64,000 nucleotides of DNA from Thermoproteota archaeon (GTDB lineage Archaea; Thermoproteota; Thermoprotei; Gearchaeales; Gearchaeaceae): contig JBEPZU010000001.1 of NCBI GenBank assembly GCA_041640715.1, positions 10,535 to 74,534 on the forward strand. Direction: 5' to 3'. The position numbers and the translations under genes are program-made. The notes under the pieces are model-generated. The model saw nothing but the letters and a program-made list of their open reading frames with translations. It did no database searches and had not been told where the DNA came from. Position 1 is the stretch's first letter. Each line of letters starts with the position of its first letter. Of this stretch, positions 24,647 to 34,290 are shown in pieces.

Positions 24647-25105
24647 ATGAGGAGGTTTAAAAAAACTTGGGAATCTCCTAGGCATCCTTGGAGAAAGGAA
24701 ACTTTATTAGCAGAGATCGAATTGTTGGGTAGGTATGGTTTGAAGAACAAAAGGGAATTGTGGAAAATGGAATCTTTTCTGAGAATCATAAGAAAAAGAG
24801 CGAGGGCTCTATTAGCTTTGCCTTCCAGAGAAAGAGCTATAGAGGAAGAGAAATTGAAGAATCTCTTGATAAGGTATGGTTTGATAGATGAAAATGCAGA
24901 TATTAGTACAATATTATCCTTGACTATAGAGGATATATTAAAGAGGAGATTGCAAACGGTGCTCTATAACCTTAAACTTGCAAATAGTATTTATCATGCT
25001 AGGCAATTAATAGTTCATAGGAAAGTGCTAGTAAATGGCAGGATAATTAGTAGCCCCAGCTATTTAGTTAAAAAAGATGAAGAAGATAAGATAACTGTAA
25101 TATGA
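24647..25105 (+). CDS. rps4: ribosomal protein S4 (S9e type)
   Basis: 152 aa, S4 family. Confidence 0.9.
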   Translation: MRRFKKTWESPRHPWRKETLLAEIELLGRYGLKNKRELWKMESFLRIIRKRARALLALPSRERAIEEEKLKNLLIRYGLIDENADISTILSLTIEDILKRRLQTVLYNLKLANSIYHARQLIVHRKVLVNGRIISSPSYLVKKDEEDKITVI

Positions 25106-25497
25106 GCGAAAAGAAAGGCTTGTGGGGTATAGCTCATATATATTCGTCTAAGAACAATACTTTGATTTACATAACAGATCTATCAGGTGCTCATTTACTA
25201 ACTTGGAAGTCTGCTGGAGTTGTGGTCAAAGCAGATAGGGAAAAGAAAACTCCTTATGCGGCAATGATGGCTGCTTTCAAGGCGGCAGAGGAGTGTAAGG
25301 AGAAAGGGATTATAGGAGTCCATATAAAAGTAAGAGCACCGGGCGGTCATGATCAAAAAACTCCTGGAGCTGGTGCCAATGCTGCTATAAGGGCTCTTGC
25401 TAGAGCAGGCTTGATGATAGGAAGAATTGAAGATGTTACTCCATTACCTCATGATACCACGAGAAAACCAGGAGGCAGAAGAGGAAGAAGAGTCTAA
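25102..25497 (+). CDS. rps11: ribosomal protein S11
   Basis: 131 aa, S11 family. Confidence 0.92.
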   Translation: MSEKKGLWGIAHIYSSKNNTLIYITDLSGAHLLTWKSAGVVVKADREKKTPYAAMMAAFKAAEECKEKGIIGVHIKVRAPGGHDQKTPGAGANAAIRALARAGLMIGRIEDVTPLPHDTTRKPGGRRGRRV

Positions 25498-25978
25498 GAG
25501 AATAGTTATATTAGGAGGTTCTTTTAGTCAAATCCATAAAGGTCATCTTTATTTACTTAAAAAATCTCTTAGAATTTCTAAGAAAATCAGAATAGGTTTG
25601 CTTTTAAATATTAGCAATAAACTCTTCGAGGATTTGATCGAGGATTTCGAGACTAGAAGATCTAATCTATTAAGGTCTGTATTTAAAATCGATAAAAAGG
25701 CTGATGTAGAGATATTTCCTATAGTTGATCCTTATGGACCTTCAATCAGTCAAAGCGAATTGACTGATATAGTCTGTACCGTAGAAACACTACCTAGAGC
25801 CTTAGAAATAAATAAAATAAGAGTTGAACGTGGGCTTAAACCCTTGAAAGTTCATTTCATAGAGTTATCCAAAGCAGAAGACGGTAGGCCTATAAGGAGC
25901 TCTAGAATAAGGGCTGGTGAAATAGATAGGGAAGGAAAATTATTAGTTAAAGAAGTGGAGATAACATATGAGGAATGA
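25451..25978 (+). CDS. coaD: phosphopantetheine adenylyltransferase, archaeal type (cytidylyltransferase fold)
   Basis: [17 protein letters not shown] (HxGH), ERGLKPLKV and IRSSRIRAG resemble archaeal PPAT; start uncertain (25427/25433/25451) and overlaps the S11 3' end. Confidence 0.75.
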   Translation: MIPRENQEAEEEEESKRIVILGGSFSQIHKGHLYLLKKSLRISKKIRIGLLLNISNKLFEDLIEDFETRRSNLLRSVFKIDKKADVEIFPIVDPYGPSISQSELTDIVCTVETLPRALEINKIRVERGLKPLKVHFIELSKAEDGRPIRSSRIRAGEIDREGKLLVKEVEITYEE

Positions 25979-27437
25979 GTTCATTTTTAGCGAGAGAGAG
26001 TATAAACTTTTAAAGGAGATTTTAAAAAATTTCGTCGATCTACGAGAAATATCTAGATTACTGAATATTCCCACCGCTACTTTGAATAGTTGGATAGAGG
26101 AGATGAAAAGTAAAGGATATGTTGAAATCTTAGAAGAATTTTATAACAAGATAACTTTAACTGATGAAGGTAGACTTTACTCAGAAATAGGTTTACCTGA
26201 GAAAAGACTTGCTTTATTTCTGATGAAAGAAAGTCCAAAAACGTTAGAAGAATTGAAATCCCATTTTGATCCTAGGGAATTAGATATAGCTATAATGCAC
26301 GGGATTAAAAAAGGAATGATAGAATATCATCAAAACAAGTTTAGATTCCTTTCTCTGAAGAAATTAAAGGAAGAAGAATTACTTAAAGAAATAAGAGAGA
26401 AGGAAGAACTTTTAGTTACGAATCTTGATGATACAGTGAAACAATTAAAGAAAAGGGGATTAGTAGAAATATCACCTTTTAAGGTAATATCTGTGAAAGC
26501 GAGCTCTCAGATAATTAATGCGTTTGAAACTAAAAATTACAAAGTCTTGTCTGAGGTTTCAAAGATAACTGGCGAAATGATCGCTTCTGGAAAATGGAAA
26601 GAGTTTTATTTAAAACCTTATAATTTAGAAGCCCTTCCTCCTTTAAGATATTTCGGCAGATCTCATATCTATATGAGATTCTTAGACGAAGTTAAGCAAG
26701 TTCTTCTAGAGATGGGGTTTGAGGAATATGAAGACGAGTTTATCATACCTGAACTTTGGAATTTTGACATCTTATTTGTACCTCAAGACCATCCTTCAAG
26801 AGAAGTTCAAGATACTTTTAGACTTAATCTTCCAGCGGCCGATTTGGACGAAAATCTAGTTACTAGCGTAAAAGAGATGCACGAAAATACTTTCAGAACG
26901 AGTCTAGGGTGGGATTATAAATGGGATGTAAATATAGCTAGAAGATATGTGCTTAGAACCCATACTACGCCTGTTTCTATTAAGTACATTTACTTAAACA
27001 AAGATAGGGAAGCCAAGGTATTTTGTATTTCAAGAAACTTTAGAAGAGACATTCCAGATAAAACTCATTTCATAGAATTCTATCAATGTGAAGGTATAAT
27101 GATCGGTAAGAAACTGAGTTTCTCAAATCTCTTGAATTTTCTAAAGGATTTTGCCTCTAGACTAGGCTTGGAACAAATACGATTTAAACCTAGCTACTTT
27201 CCTTTCACAGAACCTAGCGTTGAAGGTTCTGTTTTTCACCCTAAGCTTGGTTGGATAGAAGCTTTACCTGGGGGGATGTTAAGACCTGAGATATTGAAGG
27301 CTTTGAAGGTTAATGCAAGAGTATTAGCTTGGGGTATAGGCATAGATAGATTGGCTATGGCAGTCCTTGGCATAGAAGACATAAGAGAGCTTTTTTCTAA
27401 AGACCTAGATTTTCTTAGAAACGCGGCTTTTCTTTAA
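25968..27437 (+). CDS. pheS: phenylalanyl-tRNA synthetase alpha subunit
   Basis: 489 aa, class II motifs (FRRDIPDKTHFIEFYQCEG). Confidence 0.93.
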   Translation: MRNEFIFSEREYKLLKEILKNFVDLREISRLLNIPTATLNSWIEEMKSKGYVEILEEFYNKITLTDEGRLYSEIGLPEKRLALFLMKESPKTLEELKSHFDPRELDIAIMHGIKKGMIEYHQNKFRFLSLKKLKEEELLKEIREKEELLVTNLDDTVKQLKKRGLVEISPFKVISVKASSQIINAFETKNYKVLSEVSKITGEMIASGKWKEFYLKPYNLEALPPLRYFGRSHIYMRFLDEVKQVLLEMGFEEYEDEFIIPELWNFDILFVPQDHPSREVQDTFRLNLPAADLDENLVTSVKEMHENTFRTSLGWDYKWDVNIARRYVLRTHTTPVSIKYIYLNKDREAKVFCISRNFRRDIPDKTHFIEFYQCEGIMIGKKLSFSNLLNFLKDFASRLGLEQIRFKPSYFPFTEPSVEGSVFHPKLGWIEALPGGMLRPEILKALKVNARVLAWGIGIDRLAMAVLGIEDIRELFSKDLDFLRNAAFL

Positions 27438-29095
27438 TGCCCACCATAATTTTAGATAAAAAAAGAATATTGAAAGAACTTGGAAGGGATTTAAGCACAG
27501 ATGAGCTCGAGGACTTGCTAGCCTCTTGCAAATGTGAGATAAAAGGGGAGAGAGATGAGAATTTAATTTGCGAAATAACAACAGACAGGGTTGATTGTTT
27601 TTCTACTGAAGGTATAATAAGGGCTTTTAAAGGTTTGTTGGGTATAGAGAAAGGGTTGGTGAATCTTGAATTTTTCTATGATAGCGTAGAAGTTCAAGTA
27701 GATAAGAGCGTTTCAAGTATAAGGCCTTATGTGGTCATGGCTACTGTGAGGGGTGTTAAGCTAGATCCTAGGGCTCTAGAAAGCATAATAATGTTTCAAG
27801 AGATTTTACACGAAAGTTTAGGAAGAAATAGAAGGAAGGCATCTATAGGCCTATATGATTTATCAAAGATAAGCAATAAAATATTCTACAAATGTCTTCC
27901 TCTTTCATCTATAAAATTTACACCTTTAGATAAAGAGGAGGAATTGGACGGTTATACAATATTGGCAGAGACCGAAAAAGGGAAGCTTTATAGAAAGCTT
28001 GTACCTGAAGATAGAGCTCCCGTATTAATCGACTCGGATGGTAAATATCTAAGCATGGTTCCAATAATAAATTCTCAAGAAGCTAAAGTCACGGTGAATA
28101 CTAGAGATATATTAATAGATTCTACTGGTTTTGATAGGAATTTTTTAAGATCCATAGTTTCATTAGTAGCGTATATTTTAAGCTTCTATGGAGGCAAGAT
28201 AGGTTTCATAAAACATATATATCCAGATTCTACCTTCTATGCAAAATTTGAGAACAGATTTTATGAATTGGACCCTGTAGAAGCAGAAGAAATCTTAAGT
28301 ATTGACCTGAAAAAAGAAGAGTTGGAAGATTTATTGTTACGTTCAAGATATGGTTTTAGCGTTAGCGGAAATAAATACATTATAGAAGTTCCTTTCTATA
28401 GGATCGATGTGCTAGGGGCCATAGATATAATCGAAGATCTTGCTATAGCTAAAGGCTATAGCAAGATAGTGCCTAAACCGGCACAGCTAAACACTAGGGG
28501 TAAATTGAACGAAAAAAGCATCTTGAGTAAAATCGTAAAAGAGATATTCAACGGTATGGGATTCCAAGAAATAGCCAATTATATAATTTGTAACAGTGAA
28601 CTGCAAACAGTCCTCGTGGGTTTAAACAAGGAAGATATAGGATTGATATATCTTGAAAATCCTATAAGCAAAGAATTCGATTGTGTAAGGGCGAATATAT
28701 TTCCGTGCATACTGGATTTCCTATCTAAAAACAGGGGGTATAGCTATCCTCAGAAAGTCTATGAATTAGGAGAAGTGATGTTTCTAAAAGGTTCGCATTT
28801 TAAGAGAGAATTTAGGCTTTCTTCGATAATAGTTTACAATGAAGCAAGTTTTGAAGATATTCATGCAGCAATTTATTCTTTCTTTAAGGCTTTTGGCTTG
28901 GAACTAAAACTTAAAGAAAATAATCTTAACTTTTTGATCAAAGGAAGAAGAGCTAATATACTATTTAACGGAGAAGCAATAGGATGGATAGGAGAATTAA
29001 ATCCTGAAATTTCAGCTAGATTTTCTTTGTACCAACCCATAGTAGCAAGCGAGTTAAACTTAGAGCCTATTATAAAGTTTAAGTTTTCAAAATGA
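27437..29095 (+). CDS. pheT: phenylalanyl-tRNA synthetase beta subunit
   Basis: 552 aa, archaeal PheT architecture, directly after pheS. Confidence 0.9.
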   Translation: MPTIILDKKRILKELGRDLSTDELEDLLASCKCEIKGERDENLICEITTDRVDCFSTEGIIRAFKGLLGIEKGLVNLEFFYDSVEVQVDKSVSSIRPYVVMATVRGVKLDPRALESIIMFQEILHESLGRNRRKASIGLYDLSKISNKIFYKCLPLSSIKFTPLDKEEELDGYTILAETEKGKLYRKLVPEDRAPVLIDSDGKYLSMVPIINSQEAKVTVNTRDILIDSTGFDRNFLRSIVSLVAYILSFYGGKIGFIKHIYPDSTFYAKFENRFYELDPVEAEEILSIDLKKEELEDLLLRSRYGFSVSGNKYIIEVPFYRIDVLGAIDIIEDLAIAKGYSKIVPKPAQLNTRGKLNEKSILSKIVKEIFNGMGFQEIANYIICNSELQTVLVGLNKEDIGLIYLENPISKEFDCVRANIFPCILDFLSKNRGYSYPQKVYELGEVMFLKGSHFKREFRLSSIIVYNEASFEDIHAAIYSFFKAFGLELKLKENNLNFLIKGRRANILFNGEAIGWIGELNPEISARFSLYQPIVASELNLEPIIKFKFSK

Positions 29096-29103
29096 AAATT
29101 TAA

Positions 29104-29198
29104 TGTGGGGGCGCATCCTTTTGGAGAGAGCTATAACGAGTGGGTTATACCCTTGATGAGTTATAGTGTTGTCATAAAGGATCAAGGGGCGCCCCCAT
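29104..29198 (+). ncRNA. candidate structured small RNA (GC-rich extended hairpin; possibly H/ACA-like guide RNA)
   Basis: GC island in AT-rich intergenic DNA; TGGGGGCGC..GCGCCCCCA terminal stem, ATCCTT/AAGGAT inner stem, CTATAAC/GTTATAG upper stem, TGATGA element, ATA immediately 3' of the stem. Confidence 0.35.
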
Positions 29199-29248
29199 AG
29201 AGAATATTTTAATATTCTTCTTTGGACATTTATTTAAGGTGACAAAAT

Positions 29249-30412
29249 ATGGGAGGTCCTCCTGTTAATGCTAAGTACATATTAATCGCAAAAATTGAGG
29301 TTGATGGAGTGGTAGAAAAACCAGATATTATAGGAGCCTTATTTGGGCAAACAGAAGGCTTGCTAGGTGACGAGCTGGAATTGAGAGAGTTACAGAAGAT
29401 AGGAAAGGTAGGAAGGATAGATGTTGAATTTGAAGTAAGAGGTGGTAAAACCGTGGGTAATATAATTGTTCCTACGAATCTAGATAAACCAGAAGTAGCT
29501 TTGATAGCCGCAAGCCTAGAAACTATAGATAAAGTAGGACCTAATAGCGCTAGAATAGAGATAAAAGAGATAAAAGATGCTAGAGAAGAGAAAAGAGCAA
29601 AAATAATTGAAAGGGCAAAGGAGATTCTTCTAAAATGGAAAGAGAGTAAAGAAGTTAGTTCTGTGGATCTTATTAAAAGCCTAACAGAGGCTGTTAAAGT
29701 ATCCCAACTGACATATTATGGTCCAGATAGACTTCCTGCGGGTCCAGATGTAGAATCTTCTCCAGAGATAATAATTGTAGAAGGAAGAGCAGACGTGGTG
29801 AATCTTCTTAGACATGGCTATAGGAATGTAATAGCTCTAAACGGTTCTAAAATACCTCCGACTATCGTTAATATTAGCAAGGAAAAGAGAACGATCGCCT
29901 TTTTAGATGGGGATAGAGCTGGTGATTTGATACTTAAGGAGCTGGTAAACGTAGCTAAAATAGATTACGTAGCTAGAGCTCCCTTTGGTAAAGAAGTAGA
30001 AGAGTTAACTGGTAAGGAAATAGCAGCAGCTTTGGATGATAAAGTTCCCATATCTCATTATTTTTCAAGCCTTAAGGAGGAGCAAAAAATTCCTAAGTCT
30101 TCCCAAATAATTGAAGCAGTCAAATCTGTAATAGGTACGATGGAAGCATTGATATTAGATAACGATTATAGAGTTATAGAAAGGGTAGCTTTAAAGGATA
30201 TAATAGAGAAGTTATCACAAATTGATTCTTTTAACGTCCTTATAATAGATGGAATAATAACTCAACGCTTAGTAGATTTGTGCAAAGAAAAGAAGGCCTC
30301 AGCTATTTACGGTTATAAGGTAGGTAATATCAGCAACGTCCCCCCTGACCTATCGATATATTTATTCGATGAGCATGCGGTTATAAAGAAATATGAAGGT
30401 AAGTTTCAATGA
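29249..30412 (+). CDS. dnaG: archaeal DnaG-like primase (Toprim, exosome-associated)
   Basis: 387 aa; conserved N-terminus (KYILIAKIEVDGVVEKPDIIGALFGQTEGLLG); Toprim IIVEGRADVVNLLRHG. Confidence 0.9.
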   Translation: MGGPPVNAKYILIAKIEVDGVVEKPDIIGALFGQTEGLLGDELELRELQKIGKVGRIDVEFEVRGGKTVGNIIVPTNLDKPEVALIAASLETIDKVGPNSARIEIKEIKDAREEKRAKIIERAKEILLKWKESKEVSSVDLIKSLTEAVKVSQLTYYGPDRLPAGPDVESSPEIIIVEGRADVVNLLRHGYRNVIALNGSKIPPTIVNISKEKRTIAFLDGDRAGDLILKELVNVAKIDYVARAPFGKEVEELTGKEIAAALDDKVPISHYFSSLKEEQKIPKSSQIIEAVKSVIGTMEALILDNDYRVIERVALKDIIEKLSQIDSFNVLIIDGIITQRLVDLCKEKKASAIYGYKVGNISNVPPDLSIYLFDEHAVIKKYEGKFQ

Positions 30413-31436
30413 AAAGCACAATGAGGCTACTTTCACTATTCAAAGCCTTAATGATATATTTCATTTTTATTTAATTTTAGAAGAAGGGGACGAACTTTAC
30501 GGTTGGTCCTATAGACAAAGAAAGATTTATGATAGTGAAGGAAAATCTGAAAAAGGGGAAAGAGAACGCGTCTATCTAGGAATAAGGGTTGAAAAGGTTT
30601 ATTTCAATTCAAAGAAGGATGTGAAAGTTATAGGGAGCATAATATTCAGACCTGAATACTTTGAAGCTAGTGGTCATCATTCTTTCACGATTGGCTTAGG
30701 CGATACAGTTAAAGTTATCAAAAAAGATTGGTCTTCAGCGATCGTTCAAACAATACTCAAGAACATCAAAGAAGAATATCCTAAATCCTTAATAATTTCT
30801 CTTGATTATGGGAGTATAGCTATAGCGAAGCTTGACCAAAATGGGATGAGTATTTTGTTTTCCGAAGAAGAAAATATCGGAGGTAAAAGAGATAGCAGCA
30901 TGAGAGATGAAACATTTAACCGTTTCATCCAAAAATGCACAAATATATCTAAAAAATTCATCTCCGAAATTTCCCCCGAGTTGGTAATACTTTATAGCCC
31001 TTCCAATCTTAAAGACATCCTTTATGAAAATCTAAAGGAGGATTTCGAGAAAATATTCAGAGTAAGAGGTTCGATAGGAGGCCTAGAGGGAATATATGAA
31101 TCGTTGAGAAATGAAGATTCCCTTAAGATATTGAGTCTTCACGGTCATGATGAAACTGCATCTCTAGAACATTTATTAAGTAAGCCTGAGAAAATAGCTA
31201 TTGGCATGGAAGAAGTGAAGAAGGTTGTTGAACTTAGAGCAATAGATAAGCTTTTAATATCCACCAAATTATTGAAGAGTTCTGCTCAGGAAGAGTTACA
31301 AGAATTGAAAAAAATATCTGAAAAGGTTAAAAGATATGGAGGATCGATAAAGATCATCGATGAAGAAAGCGATTTTGGTAAAACAATGGAAAAGCTTGGT
31401 AACGTGTTAGCTATTTTACGCTTTAATTTATGTTAA
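30393..31436 (+). CDS. pelA: Pelota/Dom34 homolog (mRNA surveillance)
   Basis: 347 aa; N-terminal LNDIFHFYLILEEGDELYG matches the Pelota domain-1 signature; eRF1-like length. Confidence 0.8.
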   Translation: MKVSFNEKHNEATFTIQSLNDIFHFYLILEEGDELYGWSYRQRKIYDSEGKSEKGERERVYLGIRVEKVYFNSKKDVKVIGSIIFRPEYFEASGHHSFTIGLGDTVKVIKKDWSSAIVQTILKNIKEEYPKSLIISLDYGSIAIAKLDQNGMSILFSEEENIGGKRDSSMRDETFNRFIQKCTNISKKFISEISPELVILYSPSNLKDILYENLKEDFEKIFRVRGSIGGLEGIYESLRNEDSLKILSLHGHDETASLEHLLSKPEKIAIGMEEVKKVVELRAIDKLLISTKLLKSSAQEELQELKKISEKVKRYGGSIKIIDEESDFGKTMEKLGNVLAILRFNLC

Positions 31437-32642
31437 ATGTCGGTAATAGATTTATTATTAATTATTTTTTTATTTTGGTTTTTATTGTATTTTATTTTTA
31501 AACTATTACAAAGGACTTCATTAAATAAAAAATTATCTGAGAATATAGAAATACAACCCTTGTTATTACTCTTAAAGACTAAAAGATTCAATAATTATAT
31601 TATTAAAACAGGCAGAAAGAGAGTGAAAGTTTTTAATATAATAGGGGAGCTTTCGGTTGTTTATGGTGTTGCGCTAATGGCTTATGCCTTCTTCTTCTTA
31701 ACGAAGAATCTCATTGTGCTTTTAATCCCTAGCGGCGATGGGCTATTTGGGGTAGCTTCTCCGGTAGTTCCCATTCTATTTGGAATAACGTTTATGCCTC
31801 CTATAGAACAGTTGATCATCATCTTGCTAGTCATAGGTATAGCCGTGATCTTCCATGAACTATTTCATGGTTTTCTTGCTGCTTCTGGCGGGATGAAGGT
31901 GAAATCAACCGGAGCTGGCTTATTGTTTTTGATCCCAATGGCTTTCGTTGAAATAGATGATGAATCCTTGAAGAATTCTTCTTTTAAGAAAAGAACTAGG
32001 ATGATAAGCGCAGGTTCTTTTATAAATTTGGTCCAAGCTATGATATTTTTCTTATTGATATTATCTTTTCCTTTCTCTATTGCTTGGGGTTATTCTTTAG
32101 AGACCAGTGGAGTTTTAATATATTCTCTCTCTGATAACTCTCCTGCTTCTCTTGCTGGTTTGGAAGTAGGAGATGCTATAATAGCCATGAACGGGACTCC
32201 TATTAAGAATTACCAAAATTTCGTCAAATATTTAGAAAATACGAAGCCCAATCAAACTTTGACGCTTACTATTGAGAGGAACCTTAAACAATTCAACGTT
32301 ACGATTAAGTTAGCTGAAAGTCCCTATGTTAAGAACAGAGGGTTTGTAGGAGTATCTACGATGGATTATAGAAGACCTATTTCTAGTATATTCCCCGCAA
32401 TATTTCAATACTTCTTTTTCATCTTTTTGTTATGGGGTTTCACGGTATGCTTTAGTTTAGCCATTTTTAACATGTTACCTATTCCTTTATTCGATGGCGA
32501 TAAATTCTTAGGAGAAATTTTAGGTTTCATAAAAAAGGCCAAAATTAGAATCCTCATCCATAATTCCTTAAGAATATTGGCTTTTTCGCTCTTGGTTTTA
32601 AACATATATTTCAGTTTGCTTAGATTTGGTTTTGTTGGATGA
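31437..32642 (+). CDS. site-2 protease family (M50) membrane metalloprotease with PDZ domain
   Basis: 401 aa; HELFHG (HExxH) in a TM helix; PDZ-like SLSDNSPASLAGLEVGDAIIAMNG. Confidence 0.8.
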   Translation: MSVIDLLLIIFLFWFLLYFIFKLLQRTSLNKKLSENIEIQPLLLLLKTKRFNNYIIKTGRKRVKVFNIIGELSVVYGVALMAYAFFFLTKNLIVLLIPSGDGLFGVASPVVPILFGITFMPPIEQLIIILLVIGIAVIFHELFHGFLAASGGMKVKSTGAGLLFLIPMAFVEIDDESLKNSSFKKRTRMISAGSFINLVQAMIFFLLILSFPFSIAWGYSLETSGVLIYSLSDNSPASLAGLEVGDAIIAMNGTPIKNYQNFVKYLENTKPNQTLTLTIERNLKQFNVTIKLAESPYVKNRGFVGVSTMDYRRPISSIFPAIFQYFFFIFLLWGFTVCFSLAIFNMLPIPLFDGDKFLGEILGFIKKAKIRILIHNSLRILAFSLLVLNIYFSLLRFGFVG

Positions 32643-33565
32643 AATGTAGCTATTGTGATGGAGAAGTATTTTATCACAGGAGATATTCAGGGGAGAAACT
32701 CTGCAAGAAGCATTTCATAGAGACTTTCATCTCGAGAGTAGCCAAAACCATTTCTGAAAAGAAGTTACTTTCATGGAACGATTCGATAATGGTCGCAGTT
32801 TCTGGCGGAAAGGATAGCCTAACTGCTTTACATGTTTTAAGCATAATCGAAAAAGATTTCCCTAATGTCAAGCTTTTTGCGGTGACTATAGATGAAGGAA
32901 TAAGTAATTATACGGAGTTGAGAGTTAAGCATACAGATATTCTTTGCAAAAAGCTAGGCATAGATTACTACGTTTTCACCTATAAGGACTTCTATGGATA
33001 TAGATTAGAGGAGATTGTAAAGACATCGAAAGAGAAAGGTATCAAGCTAGAACCTTGCTCTTACTGCGGCGTTTTAAGAAGAAAGCTACTGAATGTAGCA
33101 GCAAAAAAATTAAAGGCGACAAAAGTAGTTACTGGCCATAACTTGGACGATGAGGTACAAACTTTCATGATGAATCTTATGAGAGGAGATGTGGATAGGT
33201 TGATAAGGTTTTTTGGACCTTTGGAGATTAAAGAAGGCTTTGTACCTAGGGTTAAACCTTTGAGATATACTTATGAAGAAGAGATAATGATTTATTCTAT
33301 TTTAAATGATTTCCCTCTTTTCGAGACCGAATGTAGATTCGTGAAATTCTCAATGCGTGATTCTATAAGGAAGCTTCTCAACGATCTTGAAGCTGAAAAT
33401 CCTGGGTCTAAATACATGATGCTGAAAAGTGCAGAGAAAATGGTTGAATACTTAACTGAGATCAACAAACCCGTAAAGCTTAATTATTGTAGAAGCTGTG
33501 GAGAACCTACTTCAGGAGAAATTTGTAGGGCTTGCTCTTTATTAGAAGAACTAGGTATTGAGTGA
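32639..33565 (+). CDS. ttuA: PP-loop ATPase, TtuA/NcsA-family tRNA 2-thiolation protein
   Basis: 308 aa; SGGKDS PP-loop; N- and C-terminal CxxC zinc fingers. Confidence 0.8.
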   Translation: MKCSYCDGEVFYHRRYSGEKLCKKHFIETFISRVAKTISEKKLLSWNDSIMVAVSGGKDSLTALHVLSIIEKDFPNVKLFAVTIDEGISNYTELRVKHTDILCKKLGIDYYVFTYKDFYGYRLEEIVKTSKEKGIKLEPCSYCGVLRRKLLNVAAKKLKATKVVTGHNLDDEVQTFMMNLMRGDVDRLIRFFGPLEIKEGFVPRVKPLRYTYEEEIMIYSILNDFPLFETECRFVKFSMRDSIRKLLNDLEAENPGSKYMMLKSAEKMVEYLTEINKPVKLNYCRSCGEPTSGEICRACSLLEELGIE

Positions 33566-33571
33566 TTGAAA

Positions 33572-33892
33572 GGCGGCGGTGCTCACATGTAAACATACAA
33601 CAATGGGTTATGAAGCCCCACACTTCCATTCAAGCCTGTTACCTACGAACGTAGCCACTCTTCATTAGAGCCGCTCCCTTCCGGGCCTAACTCGGTTCTG
33701 AAGATTAGCCCCATTCTCCTCTCCTCCGAGAGGAGTGCGGGGCTGTGACTACCCCGTAGGGCAGGCTTTCATCACTTCCGTGTGAGTCCTCGTAACCCAT
33801 TGTTGTACATTTACATGTGTTACTGGCCCTGCCATATCGACCGTTTGCAGTTAGCAAGGGAGGCCGAGCCCCTTAGCCCTACCACCGCCGCC
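33572..33892 (-). ncRNA. ffs: signal recognition particle RNA (7S/SRP RNA)
   Basis: About 320-nt GC-rich island; ends pair (GGCGGCGGUG/CACCGCCGCC); minus-strand read has Alu-domain-like 5' end, a long helix-5 duplex and the helix-8 motif AGGCCCGGAAGGGAGCGGC; TATA-like TTAAAATA about 25 nt upstream. Confidence 0.85.
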
Positions 33893-33925
33893 ATTATCTT
33901 AATCTCCTTTTTGTTATTTTAATTT
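33893..33925 (-). promoter_or_regulatory. putative BRE/TATA promoter of SRP RNA
   Basis: Minus-strand gtaaaaTTAAAATAac centred about 25-30 nt upstream of the GGCGGCGG 5' end. Confidence 0.4.
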
Positions 33926-34177
33926 TACAGATCGTTGAGAAGGAAACGCTCTAGCCTTGTAACCATGGGTGGTCCTTTAACTTAAATCTCGTCCAAACTT
34001 GATTAGGAATGCTTAAGGTGGCTTTGTAGCTTTTCAGTCCAAGCTTGATTATGTATTCTATGAATATGTTGCGTTTTGCAATTCCGCGAAGTAGCTCTCT
34101 TGAACCCAATCTTGTTTCAGGGTGATGTTTATATCTCTTCAGGAATCAAAAGTAAGGGATTTGGACCTATTATATGA

Positions 34178-34261
34178 CGCCGGGAGTGGGATTTGAACCC
34201 ACGAGGGGAAACCCCCACAGGCTTAGCAAGCCTGCGCCTTACCTGGCTAGGCTATCCCGGC
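34178..34261 (-). tRNA. tRNA-Ser (anticodon GCU)
   Basis: Reverse complement GCCGGGATAGCCTAGCCAGGTAAGGCGCAGGCTTGCTAAGCCTG TGGGGGTTTCCCCTC GTGGGTTCAAATCCCAC TCCCGGC. Confidence 0.88.
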
Positions 34262-34290
34262 TTTATTTCTTACAATAGAAAATATAGACT

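Noticed and set aside
29104-29198. GC-rich hairpin as a tRNA or C/D box sRNA
   Set aside because: No T-arm or D-arm consensus, no CUGA D box paired to the UGAUGA element, and it is too long for C/D; kept only as an unclassified or H/ACA-like candidate.
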